Source: Chthonomonadales bacterium (GTDB taxonomy: Bacteria > Armatimonadota > Chthonomonadetes > Chthonomonadales > CAJBBX01). Taken from it: 29,279 bases of DNA. The notes below the pieces were generated by a model. It saw only the letters and a list, made by a program, of their open reading frames with translations. It had not been told where the DNA came from and ran no database searches. The stretch lies in the NCBI GenBank assembly GCA_037443035.1, contig JBBIPC010000016.1, positions 61,832-91,110 of the forward strand, written 5' to 3'. The position numbers were made by a program, and so were the translations under genes. Shown here piece after piece: positions 10,301 to 18,789 of the stretch (its first letter is position 1; each line of letters starts with the position of its first letter).

Positions 10301-12128
10301 GGTGCACGAAGACATCGTGCTGCTTGTGGATGGCGAGCGCTCCGACCAGGTCGTGGCACGCGCCGGAGAGTACATCACGGCTGAGCATGCTCAGGAGCTC
10401 GTAGACAGGGGCGTGGCGCGAGCCGGTACCCGCAGAACCGTCAAGGCAGAATGTATCCAGGATATCACCACGTCCTTGAGAGTGCCCATCCGATCCGTGC
10501 TGACCTGCGAGCTTCGCATGGGTGTATGCAGCAAGTGCTACGGTCGAGACCTCGCCACCGGCAAGCCCGCCGAAGTCGGTGTCGCCGTGGGAATCATCGC
10601 GGCCGAGAGTATCGGTGAGCCAGGAACCCAGCTCACCATGCGTACCTTCCACACAGGAGGTGTCGCTGGCAAGGAGTTGGTGGGAGTTGCCAACGTTCGT
10701 CAGAAGCGACAGAACGCTCTCCGAGAGCTGCACGAAGACATCCGCAGTGGTCACGTCAGCTTCGAGCAGGAGGGTGGTACCGAGCGCGAGCGGTCTCGGT
10801 CGGTCCAGGCGGTCCTGAAGGTTCTCGAGGACCAGGTAGGCGGTCTGCTGCGCGTTGTCGAGCTTTTCGAGGCGCGCAAACCCAAGGGCCAGGCCATCAT
10901 CACTAAGCTTGGAGGCGTCGTCTCGGAGATCGAGCGGAAAGGTCTGCGCCACGTGGTCATCGACTCCCGTGTCCGCATTTCCGAGCCGCCTATGAAGCTG
11001 ACCGGTGAACTTGCCGGCGAGACCATTCTGGACCGGGATAGCGATGTCATCGTGAACGAGGGCGAACCGATCACGGACAAGGCTCTCAGACGGATGCAGC
11101 AGAACGAGATCGAGGAGATCACCATTCGCAAGCCCGTGCTCGTGCCGCACCGTGGCGATCTGAACGTGGACAAAGGCGACGTCCTCAAGCCTGGTGATCG
11201 CCTGACCGATGGTCCGCTGGATCCCCACGAAGTGCTGCAGCTCCATGGTCCGCGCGGTGTCCAGGAGTACCTCATCCAAGAGATCCAGCACGTCTATAAG
11301 TCTCAGGGTGTCGACATCAACGACAAGCATGTCGAAGTGATCGTACGCCAGATGCTCCGGAAGCGACGTATCGAAGACCCTGGTGACTGCCCATTCCTCC
11401 CTGGCCAGGTCGTCGACAAGTTCATCTTCGAGGATGCCAACAAAGCGACGATGGAAGCCGGCGGTCGTCCAGCCGAAGCCTCGTGGGTACTCTTGGGCAT
11501 CACCGAGGCGTCTCTCGCCACGGAAAGCTTCCTCTCAGCCGCCTCATTCCAGAAAACGACTCGCGTGCTCACCGACGCAGCGGTACGCGGCAAGACCGAT
11601 GACCTTGTCGGCCTGAAGGAGAACGTCATCATCGGCAGGCTCATACCTGCTGGTACCGGTCTGCCCCGTTACCGGAGCATCGAACCGGCCACGCCGGACG
11701 GCCACCGCATAGAGGTGCTCTTCGAACCACGTCCCAAGGAGGAATCCGCACGGGCGCGCGCACGTGAAGCCAAGGAAACCCTCGCCCTGCCGAGCGAGGA
11801 CCAGGAAATCTCAGAGGAGCAGTTGGAGGCTGAGGTCATCCAGATGGAGCGCGAGCTCGGTACCCAAGAAGGGGAGGCGATTGCCGCACTCGAGGAAGTG
11901 GAGCAGCGATTGACCGGTGCTTCCTCCGGCGTCGAGCTTAGTGATGAACAAGTGGACGAGGTCTTGGCCGCAGCGGAGACGATTGCGCCGGAATATGTCG
12001 TTGAGCCGGAGCCAGAGCCCGAGCCGGAACCCCTCCCGTCGGCTGAAGAGGTCGGCCTGGCCCCCGAGGACATGGAGTACTTCGCCGGCCACAGGAACAT
12101 CACCGAGGACGACAGCGATCAGAGCTGA
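7326..12128 (+). CDS. rpoC: DNA-directed RNA polymerase subunit beta'
   Basis: N-terminal zinc finger (CHCG...CERCG), catalytic NADFDGD, bridge helix [27 protein letters not shown], trigger loop TMRTFHTGG, and [26 protein letters not shown] before the GTG. Confidence 0.99.
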   Translation: MTDSRNFAKIRIGIASPEQIRAWSHGEVKKPETINYRTFKPERDGLFCERIFGPVKDWECHCGRYRKQKYRGVVCERCGVEVTKNKVRRERMGHIELASPVCHIWYLKSQPSPLALILDIAPRNIEKVLYFSSYIVTSVDRPKIDEFLEPMAEALEEEIERIQKQLENDLATMDADFAAEVQAHSADAVEQYKREHAEDTEAGEEEPLSSVFSADLGEDDAAIPPARPEVPEVWDQATIQRKAKDLEQRRQLERKDAEERIEELRQALALLRTIEKKQLITEDEYRAIERLLMAMQSHLDESLTEVVQAGMGGAAIKTLLEEIELEELARELRNEVANTTGAKRTRAIKRLEVVEAFIASKAHPSWMILECIPVISPELRPMVQLDGGRFATSDLNDLYRRIINRNNRLRKIQEIRAPESIVNHEKRLLQEAVDALIDNGRRNRPVVGSTSRPLKSLSDMLKGKEGRFRKNLLGKRVDYSGRSVIVVGPHLQLHQCGLPKEMALELFKPFVMKTLVERGYTQNIKTAKRMIDKMRPEVWDALEEVIREHPVLLNRAPTLHRLGIQAFEPVLVDGKAIQIHPLVCHAYNADFDGDQMAVHVPLSAYAQAEARVLMLSTHNLFSPANGHPIVAPIQDIVLGSYYLTMIPEGAEPTKPPFGSPDEAILAFDSGLLDIHEPIVVRIERDGQKILAGKEPGQRTTVGRLLFNQILPEKLRYADEYLYKTIKKKDVSDVVAEVHRLHGVETALRFLDDLKTLGFKYATQSGTTIAMTDMDIPAARDEILRKTEAAVANLNQQYRRGAMTQGERKEKVLNLWTQASKDVSDAIMAGIGQFNPIMIITDSGARGSSKQIAQLSGMRGLMADPFGNLIEDLPIKSNFHEGLSVLEYFVSTHGARKGLADTALRTADAGYLTRRLVDVAQDVIIRAEDCNTTQGIEVGEIYVEGNLLESLKDRIAGRYPTEDITNPLTGRVVVEADQEISDEAAEELDQVRVVHEDIVLLVDGERSDQVVARAGEYITAEHAQELVDRGVARAGTRRTVKAECIQDITTSLRVPIRSVLTCELRMGVCSKCYGRDLATGKPAEVGVAVGIIAAESIGEPGTQLTMRTFHTGGVAGKELVGVANVRQKRQNALRELHEDIRSGHVSFEQEGGTERERSRSVQAVLKVLEDQVGGLLRVVELFEARKPKGQAIITKLGGVVSEIERKGLRHVVIDSRVRISEPPMKLTGELAGETILDRDSDVIVNEGEPITDKALRRMQQNEIEEITIRKPVLVPHRGDLNVDKGDVLKPGDRLTDGPLDPHEVLQLHGPRGVQEYLIQEIQHVYKSQGVDINDKHVEVIVRQMLRKRRIEDPGDCPFLPGQVVDKFIFEDANKATMEAGGRPAEASWVLLGITEASLATESFLSAASFQKTTRVLTDAAVRGKTDDLVGLKENVIIGRLIPAGTGLPRYRSIEPATPDGHRIEVLFEPRPKEESARARAREAKETLALPSEDQEISEEQLEAEVIQMERELGTQEGEAIAALEEVEQRLTGASSGVELSDEQVDEVLAAAETIAPEYVVEPEPEPEPEPLPSAEEVGLAPEDMEYFAGHRNITEDDSDQS
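12003..12032 (+). repeat. (Glu-Pro)5 low-complexity repeat in the RpoC C-terminal tail
   Basis: GAG CCG GAG CCA GAG CCC GAG CCG GAA CCC. Synonymous variation between units. Confidence 0.9.
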
Positions 12129-12136
12129 GAACTACA

Positions 12137-12167
12137 GGAGGCAGCCGTTGCGTCAATGGCTGCCTCC
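12137..12167 (+). terminator. Stem-loop after rpoC (putative terminator or processing hairpin)
   Basis: GGAGGCAGCCGTTG-CGT-CAATGGCTGCCTCC, a 14-bp stem with one G-U pair, 8 nt after the stop codon. No U-tract, so intrinsic termination is uncertain. Confidence 0.6.
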
Positions 12168-12188
12168 GAAGGCTGGAATGTCTCCTCG

Positions 12189-12197
12189 TGGTACAAT
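12189..12197 (+). promoter_or_regulatory. Extended -10 promoter element for tRNA-Lys
   Basis: TGgTACAAT ends 12 nt before the tRNA 5' end. No clear -35. Confidence 0.6.
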
Positions 12198-12209
12198 GAT
12201 GACGTAGCT

Positions 12210-12285
12210 GAGGGTATAGCTCAGCCGGTAGAGCACCGCCCTTTTAAGGCGGGTGTCCTGGGTTCGAGTCCCAGTGCCCTCACCA
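12210..12285 (+). tRNA. tRNA-Lys (anticodon UUU), CCA encoded
   Basis: Acceptor stem GAGGGTA/TGCCCTC, D-arm GCTC/GAGC, anticodon arm CCGCC-CTTTTAA-GGCGG (TTT at 12243-12245), T-arm CTGGG-TTCGAGT-CCCAG, 3' ACCA. Confidence 0.97.
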
Positions 12286-12369
12286 GTCCCCCACGTCATA
12301 CCGCCCACGGTGCGGCGGCATGCTTTGTTACCCTCCCCTGCAAGAAAGCGGCGGCCGCCTGGCCGACGC

Positions 12370-14709
12370 CTATTGCCGCGAGCGGACGATGCGGAGACCG
12401 AATACGCCTCCGGCGAAGTTCCCGGGGTGACCCTGGAATCGCACCGTGATGCGGTCTTTGGCTTCCAGCACAGTCGCTGGCAGGGCGTACACGCGATCGA
12501 AGAAACGGCCGGGATCGTTGTTCGCCAGCGTCATGGTATCGAGACGGTTTCCATCTACGAGTATATCGAAGGTTCTCGGCCCGGAATCGCTGCCCCAGAA
12601 AGTGACAAGCAGCTCGTGCGGTGCCCCGGGCTCGACCTTCAAGTCATATGAGAACCACCCGCCATCCACAGCGTGCCGCCAGTGGCGCTCACCCAGGGGA
12701 CCGTCGCCGGTCTTCTCGCCGCGCAGGTTGTGCTCGGCCTCGGAACGGCGATCGCCTATGCGCACCATGTCTACCGTTCTTGCATCGAGCTCCCTGAGGC
12801 GTGCCTGTTCCTTCTCGTAGTCCTGTTTCATGGTCTGCCATGTCGCCTCGTCCACGGCGTCCCAGTAGACTGCATAAGCACGCTGATACTCGCGGAAGAA
12901 CGGTCTGAAGACGACCTGACCGCCTCGATCGTCGAATCCTCGCCGGAAGAGGGATGCCGGCCCCTCGAAGGTCAGCGACTGCCCCGCCACGGGTTTCAGT
13001 GTACTCGCTAGCTTCTCAAGGTCACCTATGGCGTAGGCGTGGGGATTGCCAGGTTCTGTCTCCGCACACAGTACGATGGGGCCGTACAGAAAGGCAAACC
13101 TGCGCGGGTTGTCGCGGAAGCCCTCCGTCCGCAGGCGCATGGGGAGCGAGACTCCGAGCCTGTCGCCGCTGTTCCACGTGCGATCGAGCGCCACGAAGCC
13201 GTTCTGTTCGGACGTTGGCTGCACCTGCTTGCCGTTCAGCGTGAGACTGAAACCTTCTCCGGTCCAGGCCGGGCGACGTATGCGTACTGCCAGCCGCACG
13301 GGTCTGCTGCAATGGAACTCCAATGTCGTTGCCGGCTCGTCGGGGAATCGTGTCGTCTGCGTGACACGGATGCCCCGGCTGGACCAGTTCAGCTCGGACG
13401 CGATGAAGAGATTGACGTAGAGCGCCCGGTTTCCCTCGTGCCAGTAGATGCTATCTCCGTACTTCACGTGGTTTTCTACGCCCGTGCCTGTGCAGCACCA
13501 GAAAGAATCGAAAGGTTCGCTGAATCCGAAGGGGGTCTTCGCCGCTTTCGACGAGCCCGTCTTGAGGGGTACGTAATAGCTCATCATCCCCGTCTCGGGG
13601 TTTTGCGAAGCGAGGATGTGGTTGTAAAGCGCCCGTTCGTAGTAATCGCCGTCTTCGCCTTGGGCATTCCATGCGAAGATATGGCGCGTGAGTCTGAGCA
13701 TATTGTAGGTGTTGCATGTTTCCGTGGATTGTGCGCCGATGTGTTTGGAGAGTTCTTCCTTCGGTGAAAACACCTCTCCGTCGCTGTTGCCACCGATGAC
13801 ATAGCTCCGTTCTCGAGTTACCACGGTCCAGAAGAACTCGGCCGCTGAACGAAACGAAGGATTGCCTGTCAACTCGTACTGGCGCGCCAGGCCGATGACC
13901 TTGGGAAACTGGGTGTTGGCATGGAGGCCCGTAAGGCGATCCTCGCCACGTGCCAAGGGGTCTAGTACCGCGTGATGATTGAACCGCGCGGCCAGCCGGA
14001 GGTATCTCTCGTCACCGGTGACCGCATAGATGTTCGCGAACACCTCATTGATACCGCCATGCTCCGTAGCCAGCACCTTCTGCAGTTGCTCGTCACTCAG
14101 CTTGTCGGTGCGCTGGATGGCCCATGCGCAGGCTTTCTTCAACACTTCGAGAGCCTGCTTGTTGCCTGTCAGCGTGTACATGTCCAGGAGGCCCTGATAG
14201 ATCTTGTGGAGGGTGTACCAGGGCACCCAGACGCGCTCGAGGCGTTCCAGTCGGTCGAAGAAGCTTTCGGGGAAGGCGCTCAGGTAGCCTGATGGAAACC
14301 TGGCCTGGCACTCGGCCATGCCAGCCACGACTGCGTCGGCATGGGCCTTCAGCTCATGGTCGCCGCAAGCTCGATAAGCCTTGGCGCATGCCGTAAGATA
14401 GTGGCCGACGAAATGCCCGCGCACCTCGCAGTTCGGATCCTCCCAGCCGCCCAGCGGTTGCACCTTGCTCGGCAACCCAGCGTTCACTCGGAAGTTGTGC
14501 AGGAGTCGATCTGGCGGCAGACTCTTGAGGTACGCCACATCCAGCTCGAAGGCATGCAGGAACGGTCCGTCCAGGAGCTTCACCTGACTCAGGTCGAAGG
14601 CCTCCGCTTTGAGCGGTACCACAGGCTTCACGGGACTGTCTGCGCTGCCAGGTACGGCCGCCAGGACCAGGACGGCTACGACAATCGTCAGCGTGATGGT
14701 TAGCTGCAT
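12370..14709 (-). CDS. Secreted beta-L-arabinofuranosidase-like glycoside hydrolase (DUF1680; GH127/GH146 type) with C-terminal beta-sandwich domain
   Basis: Motifs RGHFVGHYL, EHGGINE, HANTQFPK, ETCNTYNML and FWCCTGTG (the Zn/Cys catalytic set). Signal peptide MQLTITLTIVVAVLVLAAVPGSA. GGGAGAG RBS supports the ATG at 14709 over the ORF-track start at 14760. Confidence 0.9.
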   Translation of the reverse strand: MQLTITLTIVVAVLVLAAVPGSADSPVKPVVPLKAEAFDLSQVKLLDGPFLHAFELDVAYLKSLPPDRLLHNFRVNAGLPSKVQPLGGWEDPNCEVRGHFVGHYLTACAKAYRACGDHELKAHADAVVAGMAECQARFPSGYLSAFPESFFDRLERLERVWVPWYTLHKIYQGLLDMYTLTGNKQALEVLKKACAWAIQRTDKLSDEQLQKVLATEHGGINEVFANIYAVTGDERYLRLAARFNHHAVLDPLARGEDRLTGLHANTQFPKVIGLARQYELTGNPSFRSAAEFFWTVVTRERSYVIGGNSDGEVFSPKEELSKHIGAQSTETCNTYNMLRLTRHIFAWNAQGEDGDYYERALYNHILASQNPETGMMSYYVPLKTGSSKAAKTPFGFSEPFDSFWCCTGTGVENHVKYGDSIYWHEGNRALYVNLFIASELNWSSRGIRVTQTTRFPDEPATTLEFHCSRPVRLAVRIRRPAWTGEGFSLTLNGKQVQPTSEQNGFVALDRTWNSGDRLGVSLPMRLRTEGFRDNPRRFAFLYGPIVLCAETEPGNPHAYAIGDLEKLASTLKPVAGQSLTFEGPASLFRRGFDDRGGQVVFRPFFREYQRAYAVYWDAVDEATWQTMKQDYEKEQARLRELDARTVDMVRIGDRRSEAEHNLRGEKTGDGPLGERHWRHAVDGGWFSYDLKVEPGAPHELLVTFWGSDSGPRTFDILVDGNRLDTMTLANNDPGRFFDRVYALPATVLEAKDRITVRFQGHPGNFAGGVFGLRIVRSRQ

Positions 14710-14792
14710 CTTGGACTCTCCCTGATACAGATTCGAGTACTCGACACGAGGCTTCCCCAACTACTCTCGCGAATCCTCGTTCCCTCCAGATA

Positions 14793-15551
14793 CTAGACGA
14801 CCACCTCGGCCATTTCCTTCTTCATGCGCTGGTACCACGTCCGGATGTTCTGGCGAACGAACCAAAGCCGCGTGAACGCTCGGTTGCGCTGTCCTGGCCC
14901 CAATGCACCGAACGATGATGCAGCGTGGATGCACGAGTACTCCATGTTCTGGAATAGGTACAAGCACGGCTTCGATGCAATAGCCACGACCCTCTGCCGG
15001 TCCTTGCTCTCGATGGCCAACCAGGGTTCGAGATGGACGGCGTCGGGAGAGCAGCGAAAGTTGGCCACGAACGGAATGTCTTGCCAACGAGGGCCGCCTT
15101 CGACCGCGTAGAGTTGAACGGTAGGACGCGGACCGAACCTCCGTGGAACCTTCAACAGGGGCAAGAGCCTTCCGCGGCTGCCCACCCAGTGCCGAACGCA
15201 GTCATGATCCCGTACCTCGGGTACGCCGATGGGACTGAAGCAGTTGAAGGCATGGCTCTGCTTCCACGGTCTGTCGCTCGAATTCGTTACCTCTGTGACG
15301 ATATCTACCGTTTCGTCTGACGCGGTGAAAGTGACCGTGTACTCCAGCTCGCCAGGTTGGGAGCCTCTGCCTATCATGCGGCCGTCTTCGTAGGTCCACT
15401 CTGGGTGAATGGTCCCGAACCAGAACGAGCGACTGCTGTCGCCGATGGCCTCGGGGAACGAACCGCCGAAGACTCGTTGTGGAAAGGCCGGCACGTCGAG
15501 AATCTGTATGCCCATGTTGTGGGCAATGCCCCGCAATGTGATCGCTCCCAT
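14793..15551 (-). CDS. Hypothetical protein (~252 aa)
   Basis: ATG at 15551 overlaps the upstream TGA (TGATG coupling). Protein-like, beta-rich composition; no family recognised. Confidence 0.7.
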   Translation of the reverse strand: MGAITLRGIAHNMGIQILDVPAFPQRVFGGSFPEAIGDSSRSFWFGTIHPEWTYEDGRMIGRGSQPGELEYTVTFTASDETVDIVTEVTNSSDRPWKQSHAFNCFSPIGVPEVRDHDCVRHWVGSRGRLLPLLKVPRRFGPRPTVQLYAVEGGPRWQDIPFVANFRCSPDAVHLEPWLAIESKDRQRVVAIASKPCLYLFQNMEYSCIHAASSFGALGPGQRNRAFTRLWFVRQNIRTWYQRMKKEMAEVVV

Positions 15552-16336
15552 CAGCTCACGTCCTTTGCACACCGGAATCCGACGAACAGCGATTGATTGT
15601 TGGCGAACCCGCTCATGTTGCGCGCCGCGGGGCGTAGATTCATGGGCGTCTGCGTCATCCACGATCCTCCCTTGATGATCCCGCTTCCCGGTCCAGGGGA
15701 TCCTTCGACCCATTCGGCAGCGTTACCGCATAGGTCCATGATGCCGTAGGGACTGGCACCTTCGGGGTGGGTGGTGACGGGAGCAGTGTTGGGATACGGA
15801 CTGCGTGGCGGCACTTCATCTTTGTTCCAGTGGCATGCGTCGGCGATGAATCGGTTGCCCCATGGGAACATGCGGCCGTCGGTCCCGCGTGCTGCCTTCT
15901 CCCATTCATCCTCGGTGGGCAACCGGCTGCCAGCCCAGCGCGCGTAGGCTCGACAATCCTCCAGGTTAACCATCACCACGGGGTGATCCAGTATGGCCTC
16001 CGGCGGTTCCGGCCCCATCCAATGGCCGCGCGGAGGATAGCCAGTCGCCTTGCAGAACGCCGCGAACTGCCTGTTCGTTACTGGGTAACGGGCGATTGCG
16101 AAGGTTGCGACCTCCACGATTCGTTCTGGATACTCCCCGCTCAGCCACGTGATGTGACAACTGTAACGCTGCGCCAGCTTCTCAGCTTCCTGGCGTGTCG
16201 TCCCGAGACGGCACTTGCCTCCGGGTATCACGACCATATCCTCCTCGACGACACGTTCAGCGGCCCAGTTCATGCGGTTACCTCCCAGTGCGATGAGGCT
16301 CGCAGCCTTCGCAAGATCCCTCCGCGTCATGCTCAT
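15551..16336 (-). CDS. FGE-sulfatase-fold (SUMF1/EgtB/PvdO family) protein with twin-arginine-like N-terminus
   Basis: Motifs YPVTNRQF, HPVVMVN, RLPTEDEWEKAARG, FPWG, DLCGNAAEW, KGGSW and VGFRC. Start MSMTRRDL overlaps the upstream stop (ATGA) with an AGGAGG RBS. Confidence 0.88.
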   Translation of the reverse strand: MSMTRRDLAKAASLIALGGNRMNWAAERVVEEDMVVIPGGKCRLGTTRQEAEKLAQRYSCHITWLSGEYPERIVEVATFAIARYPVTNRQFAAFCKATGYPPRGHWMGPEPPEAILDHPVVMVNLEDCRAYARWAGSRLPTEDEWEKAARGTDGRMFPWGNRFIADACHWNKDEVPPRSPYPNTAPVTTHPEGASPYGIMDLCGNAAEWVEGSPGPGSGIIKGGSWMTQTPMNLRPAARNMSGFANNQSLFVGFRCAKDVS

Positions 16337-18789
16337 GGGCGGACCTCCTCTCGACATCTCTTGGCGGCGCTGACCCATCCCGTGACGCCGGCCGCCAGGA
16401 CCGCCGCCAGCAGACCGGTCCCTATGCAACTGAGATAGAGTCCGAGGCAATATGAGGCAGGTGCATAGGTCATGATCACTCGACACCGGCCTGGCGGTAC
16501 GACCACGGACCGTAGGATGCCATTCGCCACGATAATCGGTGCTTCCCTCTGGTGGCGGTCCGTCTCGACAATGGCGCGCCATCCAGGGTACGCAGGCTCA
16601 CTGGTCACAAGTATCCCGCGTCCAGATGCCTGAACATCGTAGATCACGCGATGGGCCGAGAAATGCACCATCCGCACCGAGCCGGACGCACGTTCGTCCA
16701 CCTGCGGCTGCGGGCCCTCCACCGTGGCACGCGATCCTATGTCGAAATCAGCCGCCTGCAGACGCTGGACCGCCTCCACGGGTCCCGCAACGGGAACGGC
16801 TCTGCCCACGATCCACGCAGGTCCCTTCGCTCGAGGATTCCGCCAGACGGTCAATTCTGCGTCTGCCATCCTCTGAAACCTCGACGGTGGCAACGCAGTC
16901 GGGGGTGCGGTAGTGACAAGAGCAACATCCAGTGCATCCAGCAGGGGATGATCCGCACTGCGCAGGCGTATCGTGTTGCCGTCAGGAAAAGCCGGTCGCT
17001 GGGGCGACATCTGCTCCGCGACCGTCTCCAGCGCCAAGTGATAGCGAAGGGAGTGGACGGAATCGGCGCCCTGAACTTCGCGGTAACCCACTACGGCGTT
17101 GTAGTTCGGAACAATGAGGCTCTTGATCCCTATGCCCGGCGTCTCGAGCGAGAGAACCCGCCTCGGCCAAGACTGTCGCAAGGTGTGAGTGACTTCCGGT
17201 GTACCTCCCAGCATGGCGGGATCGGTGGCAGGGTTGAAGCCACTCCCCCATACGAGCAAGTCTGCAGCACAGAGCAGCGGGACTCCTGCGAGCGCAACTC
17301 GCTGGAACCTTGATCCGGAAGTCGAGCAGGTCCATGCCAGGACTCCTGCGAGAGCCGCGACCAGCACCGCATGCCGCAATCCGGCGGCTTCGTAGGCGAT
17401 CCAGCCCGAGGCGAGAACGTCCTTGTAGACGAGACCCATGAGGGGCCACGCGAGTGCTGCGGTGACACCGCAGGTCACGGCCACGCACACGGCCAGGCGG
17501 CCAATGCGTCTCGAACCGACGGACGCTGTCTCTAGCTTGGTGGAACCCGCCTCCGCCAATGTCTGGACGCCGAAGGCCGCTAGGACGCACAGGGCAAAGA
17601 CGAGGAGACATACTGCGCGTGCAGGTGCGTGGAACTGGCTGTATCCGGGAACGAGGTAGTAGAATGGCGCGCCTACCCACGTGCCGAGCGCCAGCGCAAG
17701 GCCAAGGAGCGCCAGCACAGCAAAGAACCGCACGTGGGCAGCGGCGAACGCTCCGAACAGAGCGAGGAGGGCAAGGATGAGGACGGCTACGCCGGCGTAG
17801 TGGCAGTACTCGATGAAGTCGTACTTACCGATGTAGGGGTTACCTGGTTGAGGCTCGCCGTCAACGATCTTCACGTAGTCGCGCGGATTGCCGAGGATGT
17901 TCGGCAGGAGTAGTCCCACGAGGTACTCCGGCGGAAGGCGGAGCTTCACCGAAGCCTCGAAGGCCGTCTTGCTCGAACGGTGGTTGATCCGCGAGGCTTC
18001 CGCCACCGGAAAGAGGGTAGCACCTCCGAGCACGAACGCAGCGATGATCGTGGCGGGTACAGCCCAGAGCGCGCGCCTGGGGCTACGCCACAGCATATAG
18101 GCGACGCTCGCGAGCATGACATAGAACGCGAACTGAGGATGACCGGCCGTCGCCGTCAGCGCCAGGAAAACCGCTGCTAGCACGCAGCCCCGCCACGGGT
18201 TACGTCCATCGTGCCTGATAGTCCGCTCCCATGCCCACAGCACTCCTGGCAGCCAGCACAGCGTAGCAGTGGGTGTCTGGAACTCGGTCCAGACGAGCAT
18301 GGGGCCGCTCAGCATCCATGCAAGAGATCCCGTGAGTCCGGCGACCGGTGACAGTCCGAGCGCACGGAGGAACGCATACATGAGCAAGCCCGTGATGACC
18401 GTATGCAGTAGCGTCACCAAGTTGATGCCAAGCCACAGCGGCAGAACATAGAGGAGCAGATTCGGAGGATACAGCACCGCCGACTGGCTATTGGCCAACA
18501 GAACGTTCCCGCTCATCTCCATCGGATTCCAGAGCGGAACCTCCCCGGCCCGCAAGCGCTCACGGGCCTGATACCGCCAGGAGTAATACTCGAAGATGGG
18601 GCCGAGCATCTGGTTCTGCGTGAAGCGGAACTCCGGAAATCGGTCCCGGGCTGCAAGGCCCCACGGTCGCATGAGGAGGACGACATCGGCAGGCAGCAAG
18701 ACACGTCCGCGGACGATTGCCGGACCGTGGAGCACACACGCGGCCAGAAAGATGGTGACTAGAGCGGCGCAATCACTCCTGCGTTGCAT
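16333..18789 (-). CDS. YfhO-family polytopic membrane protein (GT-C-like glycosyltransferase)
   Basis: PLWNPMEMSGNVLLANSQSAVLYPPN motif, GHPQ, many transmembrane segments, and C-terminal SEPAYPGWRA...ANGILRSVVVPPG followed by a final TM helix. Start at ATG 18789 is inferred. Confidence 0.85.
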   Translation of the reverse strand: MQRRSDCAALVTIFLAACVLHGPAIVRGRVLLPADVVLLMRPWGLAARDRFPEFRFTQNQMLGPIFEYYSWRYQARERLRAGEVPLWNPMEMSGNVLLANSQSAVLYPPNLLLYVLPLWLGINLVTLLHTVITGLLMYAFLRALGLSPVAGLTGSLAWMLSGPMLVWTEFQTPTATLCWLPGVLWAWERTIRHDGRNPWRGCVLAAVFLALTATAGHPQFAFYVMLASVAYMLWRSPRRALWAVPATIIAAFVLGGATLFPVAEASRINHRSSKTAFEASVKLRLPPEYLVGLLLPNILGNPRDYVKIVDGEPQPGNPYIGKYDFIEYCHYAGVAVLILALLALFGAFAAAHVRFFAVLALLGLALALGTWVGAPFYYLVPGYSQFHAPARAVCLLVFALCVLAAFGVQTLAEAGSTKLETASVGSRRIGRLAVCVAVTCGVTAALAWPLMGLVYKDVLASGWIAYEAAGLRHAVLVAALAGVLAWTCSTSGSRFQRVALAGVPLLCAADLLVWGSGFNPATDPAMLGGTPEVTHTLRQSWPRRVLSLETPGIGIKSLIVPNYNAVVGYREVQGADSVHSLRYHLALETVAEQMSPQRPAFPDGNTIRLRSADHPLLDALDVALVTTAPPTALPPSRFQRMADAELTVWRNPRAKGPAWIVGRAVPVAGPVEAVQRLQAADFDIGSRATVEGPQPQVDERASGSVRMVHFSAHRVIYDVQASGRGILVTSEPAYPGWRAIVETDRHQREAPIIVANGILRSVVVPPGRCRVIMTYAPASYCLGLYLSCIGTGLLAAVLAAGVTGWVSAAKRCREEVRP

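Noticed and set aside
2832..12128. Inteins as the cause of the RNAP insertions
   Set aside because: The inserts lack the Cys/Ser start with His-Asn end followed by Cys/Ser/Thr, and have no LAGLIDADG motifs.
15551..15680. Diversity-generating retroelement variable region at the C-terminus of the FGE-fold protein
   Set aside because: No template repeat or reverse transcriptase is seen in the window.
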